NCBI GenBank assembly: GCA_947474435.1
Contig: CANJII010000007.1
Location: 41,146-105,145, forward strand
Length of the DNA stretch: 64,000 nt
Source: Chitinophagaceae bacterium
Lineage (GTDB): Bacteria; Bacteroidota; Bacteroidia; Chitinophagales; UBA10324
Reading direction: 5' to 3'
Shown: one piece after another, positions 60,133 to 64,000 of the stretch
How the letters are laid out: the number at the start of each line of letters is the position of its first letter
How positions within the stretch are numbered: the first letter of the stretch is position 1
The notes under the pieces: model-generated
Seen by the model: the letters and a program-made list of their open reading frames with translations, nothing else
Told to the model about the DNA's origin: nothing
Database searches by the model: none
Made by a program: the position numbers and the translations under genes

Positions 60133-61725
60133 TTATCTTTTTTTGTTCAGCAGCTTGCTGATTTTTAGTAATAAATCATTTGGTTCAAATGGTTTGGTAA
60201 TGAAATCATCCATACCAACATCCATGCATTTTTTTGTTTCCTCCCTCAACGCATTCGCTGTCATTGCCATAATTGGAATGTTTTTTCTGGAGCCTTCCAA
60301 CTCGGTTCTGATTTTTACGGTTGTTTGATACCCGTCTAACTCAGGCATTTGAATATCCATTAACACCACATCATAATCATTGGTTAAAAGTTTTTCAAAA
60401 CCAATTAAACCATTGTCGACAATTTCTAATTTCAATCCTTCAATGGCTGATTTTAAAATCTGATCGGCTGCTATCTGGTTGAAGAGATTATCTTCACACA
60501 ATAATATGCTGATGTTTTTTATAACCGGCACTTCTTCATTTCCGCGGTTATTGCTTTCTAATTTTGAAACATCACCAATAGGAAACGGGGCAATAAAATA
60601 AAAAGTTGTTCCCTCGCCATACTTGCTTTTCACCGAAAGCTGACCACCCATTAACTCAACCAACGATTTTGAAATGGTAAGCCCCAAACCTGTTCCCCCG
60701 AATTTGCGGTAAGTTTCTTTTGATGCCTGCGAAAAACTTTCAAATACTTTTTCCAGTTGTTCGGGAGTCATTCCGATACCGGTATCGCTCACGCTGAATT
60801 CAATATTCGCAATATCATTTTCGTGTGAAATCACTTTTGCTTCAACCGTTACACTTCCGCTTTCAGTAAATTTTATGGAGTTGCCCGCAAGGTTCATAAG
60901 CACCTGTCCTAAGCGAACCGGGTCGCCGATTATTGCTTCTGGTAAATCGGCAGCAGTTTTTACAATGAAATTCAATTTGGTTTCATCCACTTTAAACCGA
61001 AGCAGTTCATACATATTCTGAATGGTATCAGCAGGAGAGAAGTCGATTTTTTCCAACTCCAGTTTTCCTGCTTCTATTTTACTCATGTCGAGAATGTCAT
61101 TGATAATGACAATGAGATTATCAGTTGACTTTCGTATGATTTCGAGGTTTCGTTGCTGATTGGCTTCCAGATTTTCTTTAAGCAACATAAGAGTCATTCC
61201 TTTAATGGCATTAAGGGGAGTGCGTATTTCATGACTCATGTTTGATAAAAACTGTTGCTTGAATTTTTCAGATTGCTCAGCGCGTTCTTTATCAAGTCGT
61301 GCATTTATCAGATTTTCTTTGGCTGTAATGCCTTCAATAATTTTATTGTATTCAAGTATGCTTTTGGTTAGAATGGTTTCAAAATCTGAAAAGTCAATTG
61401 GCTTGGTCAGGAAATCAAAAGCACCACGATTCATGGCAGTGCGAATGTTATCCATATCGCCATAAGCAGAAACTACTATGGTTTTAAAAGCGGGATCGAG
61501 TTCATTTATTTTTGAAAGCAAAGCGAGCCCATCCATCTCGGGCATATTAATATCAGTAAACACCAACGAAAATTCTCCTTCCGAATTTATTTTGTCCAGC
61601 GCCTGTAATCCATTGTGTGCAAACTCAAACTGATATTCTCCGGACGCAATTTTGCGACGGAATTTCTGTCGGATGAGTTCTTCTAAATCGGGCTCATCAT
61701 CAACTATAAGAATTTTTGAGAGCAT
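60133..61725 (-). CDS. Cytoplasmic hybrid histidine kinase (REC-HisKA-HATPase-REC)
   Basis: N-terminal REC (TDINMP); SHEIRTPL H-box; N, G1 (DTGIG), F and G2 (GGTGLGL) boxes; C-terminal REC (MDIQMP); no TM helix. Confidence 0.93.
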   Translation of the reverse strand: MLSKILIVDDEPDLEELIRQKFRRKIASGEYQFEFAHNGLQALDKINSEGEFSLVFTDINMPEMDGLALLSKINELDPAFKTIVVSAYGDMDNIRTAMNRGAFDFLTKPIDFSDFETILTKSILEYNKIIEGITAKENLINARLDKERAEQSEKFKQQFLSNMSHEIRTPLNAIKGMTLMLLKENLEANQQRNLEIIRKSTDNLIVIINDILDMSKIEAGKLELEKIDFSPADTIQNMYELLRFKVDETKLNFIVKTAADLPEAIIGDPVRLGQVLMNLAGNSIKFTESGSVTVEAKVISHENDIANIEFSVSDTGIGMTPEQLEKVFESFSQASKETYRKFGGTGLGLTISKSLVELMGGQLSVKSKYGEGTTFYFIAPFPIGDVSKLESNNRGNEEVPVIKNISILLCEDNLFNQIAADQILKSAIEGLKLEIVDNGLIGFEKLLTNDYDVVLMDIQMPELDGYQTTVKIRTELEGSRKNIPIMAMTANALREETKKCMDVGMDDFITKPFEPNDLLLKISKLLNKKR

Positions 61726-61794
61726 TTTTTTTTCGTGTTTCAGAGAATAAATTTTTTTTCAGTTTCACAATTGACCATTCAAATTTCACATTTA

Positions 61795-63651
61795 TCACAA
61801 CCCATCTTTCCAATGCAATAATTCATCAACACTTTGCCGGGCCACAAAATGATAATTAGGCCGGGCTTGTTTGTAAATTTTCATGGCTAATTCCTTTCCT
61901 GCAGCTGACTTCATCATCTCTTTGTAAAGCGGCATTAAAAATTTACGACGCCCTACTTCAATCAGAAATTTTTCAATGTAAATATAAGCAGGAGAATAAT
62001 GGAGCGTTAAACTTTGTAAAAACCATGCATCGGCAATTTCAGCATTTCCGGTGGCCGAGAATTTAAAAGTTGTATCCAGTTCAGCCATTCTCGCAATTGA
62101 AGTTGTGGCAGGAATTTTATCGATAAAATTCAACCACTGCTGCGTGAACCAATTTGCTGTTCGCAAACTTTTTGGCGCCGTGCCATCCATCCATTTTTGA
62201 AATTCAATATCTACATCGTTAAATTTTACACTCACAATTACCGGGCAGTTTGTAGGTAATCCGGGATTATAAATCCATGCCTTTAAATTTATTTTTTCTT
62301 CGGCTCCCGGAAACTTACTGAATAAATCACTTTCAATATATGCAATAAATTGTTCGGTATTCATTGTTTGAAAAGCGTGTGAATCAAAATATTTACGAAG
62401 GAAATTATCAAGCGCTTCGCGACCAATTGTTTTTTCAATTAATAACAACAATGCATATCCTTTTTCATACGCAATGCTGTTCATTCCATCATCCGGATCC
62501 TTACCTTCCAGTTTTAATTTCAGGCAAGTGGCATCAGGTGTTTTTTCAAACTCTTTTAATGTTTCTTTTAAATCTTCCATGCCGAGATAGGCCTCCATAT
62601 CAGCGAAATCTTTTCCGTACAATGCTTCGGTAATTCTTCTTTCAAAATAAACAGTGAAACCTTCGTTGAGCCAGAAATCATTCCAGTTGGCATTGGTTAC
62701 TAAGTTACCACTCCAGCTATGAGCAAGTTCATGAGATACCAACGACACCAATGAGCGATCACCGGCAAGAATGGTTGGTGTTGCAAAAGTTAATCGAGGA
62801 TTTTCCATGCCACCAAACGGAAAACTCGGAGGTAAAACCAACACATCATATTTTCCCCAGCGATATGGACCATATAATTTCTCCGCTGCTTCCAGCATCT
62901 TTTGCATATCTGCAAATTCGTATGCCGATTTTTCGAGCATGGATGGTTCAGCATAAACTCCGGTTCTGTTGCCGATTGATTGAAATTTTATATCGCCAAC
63001 TGAGAGTGCCATCAGGTACGATGGAATTGGATTTGGCATTCTGAAATGATACTTTCCTGAGTTGTTTTTTACTGTTGGGTTTTCGGCACTCATGAGTGCA
63101 AGCATTTCAACCGGAACGGTCACATCTGCTTCGTAAGTAAATCGAATACCAGGGCTATCCTGACACGGAAACAATGTGCGCCCTAAAATGGCCTGGCACT
63201 GAGTGAAAAGAAATGGTAATTTTTTTCCGGCTGTTTGTGATTGGTCTAACCACTGGCACGCAGCAGATTCGGGCGATGTTGCATAATAAATGGTAACAAT
63301 GGAAGTGTTACTTTTTATCGGTATGATTAATTCATGACCAAGAATTTCATCCTCTTTTCCCCACGAGAATTTCCAGGGATTTTCAATTTCATCAATCGTC
63401 ACTTTTTGTATATCCAGGTTTTTTGTGTCGAAGTGAATGGCATCGGCACTTGCACTTTTTTTAATGGTCCATTGCGCTTTTCCTGAAATAATTTTTTTTC
63501 CGAAGTCAACATTTATATCGAGATATAATTTTTGAACCACAGCTTCATCAGGCTTTGCTGTGCTGTGCGGGTCATTGGCTAAAACAGGAATGGATGAAAT
63601 GGTTGTCATGATGAGCAGGTAAAGAAATTTTAATTTTTTGTGAAAAAACAT
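61795..63651 (-). CDS. M1 family aminopeptidase (leukotriene A4 hydrolase-like)
   Basis: GGMEN, HELAH...NEG and YEKG motifs; start uncertain (ATG 63651 or TTG 63678). Confidence 0.92.
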   Translation of the reverse strand: MFFHKKLKFLYLLIMTTISSIPVLANDPHSTAKPDEAVVQKLYLDINVDFGKKIISGKAQWTIKKSASADAIHFDTKNLDIQKVTIDEIENPWKFSWGKEDEILGHELIIPIKSNTSIVTIYYATSPESAACQWLDQSQTAGKKLPFLFTQCQAILGRTLFPCQDSPGIRFTYEADVTVPVEMLALMSAENPTVKNNSGKYHFRMPNPIPSYLMALSVGDIKFQSIGNRTGVYAEPSMLEKSAYEFADMQKMLEAAEKLYGPYRWGKYDVLVLPPSFPFGGMENPRLTFATPTILAGDRSLVSLVSHELAHSWSGNLVTNANWNDFWLNEGFTVYFERRITEALYGKDFADMEAYLGMEDLKETLKEFEKTPDATCLKLKLEGKDPDDGMNSIAYEKGYALLLLIEKTIGREALDNFLRKYFDSHAFQTMNTEQFIAYIESDLFSKFPGAEEKINLKAWIYNPGLPTNCPVIVSVKFNDVDIEFQKWMDGTAPKSLRTANWFTQQWLNFIDKIPATTSIARMAELDTTFKFSATGNAEIADAWFLQSLTLHYSPAYIYIEKFLIEVGRRKFLMPLYKEMMKSAAGKELAMKIYKQARPNYHFVARQSVDELLHWKDGL

Positions 63652-63712
63652 TTCTACTTTTTTTAAAAAGGGGTTCAAAAATAACAGTTGCCATGATACA
63701 TACCTTAATGAA

Positions 63713-64000
63713 TTATTTTACATGGCCTTCTGCTGATGATTTCAGTTTTTTCCTTTTTCGGTTTTCATTAATCATTTTATAAATAACGGGACTCGTAATT
63801 CCTATTACCATTGCAAGAATGATGTAACCTAAATTATTTTGTACAAACGGAATGGTGCCCAAAAAATACCCTGCACCGGCAATTGGCAAAACCCAGATAA
63901 TGGCACCGAATGAACTGTAAAAGAAAAACCGGCGGAATGGTAGTTCAATTACACCTGCAACAATGGGCGCAAAAGTTCTGATGATGGGCAAAAACCGACC
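63713..64000 (-). CDS. DedA family membrane protein, 3' part (starts beyond the window)
   Basis: GRFLPIIRTFAPIVAG motif followed by TM helices. Confidence 0.9.
   Translation of the reverse strand, partial: GRFLPIIRTFAPIVAGVIELPFRRFFFYSSFGAIIWVLPIAGAGYFLGTIPFVQNNLGYIILAMVIGITSPVIYKMINENRKRKKLKSSAEGHVK

Overview
AT-rich chromosomal window from a Bacteroidota genome. The assignment rests on T9SS C-terminal sorting domains, TAnnTTTG promoter elements, a TamL-type Omp85 lipoprotein and GWxTD proteins; futalosine-pathway genes mqnB/mqnD are also present. The window holds about 50 mostly housekeeping or envelope genes (trmD, rhlE, msrA, miaE, mqnB, mqnD, ppsA, gpmI, nadC and others), one tRNA-Ala(GGC), one clear pseudogene and one probable gene remnant. 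No integrase, transposase, prophage or CRISPR array was seen. Two signals stand out. (1) A tight three-gene operon at 34774-37325 combines a bacterial ceramide synthase-like GNAT protein, a patatin with a Glu in place of the catalytic Asp, and a sphingomyelin-synthase-like membrane phosphotransferase; it is a candidate bacterial route to phosphosphingolipids. (2) An FNR-type palindrome (TGAT-N4-ATCA) recurs upstream of at least eight genes, three times as tandem pairs exactly 22 bp apart, around a receiver-Crp/Fnr regulator without an FNR Cys cluster; one box sits upstream of an unannotated 35-aa membrane protein. All family calls come from motif recognition by eye; no searches were run.
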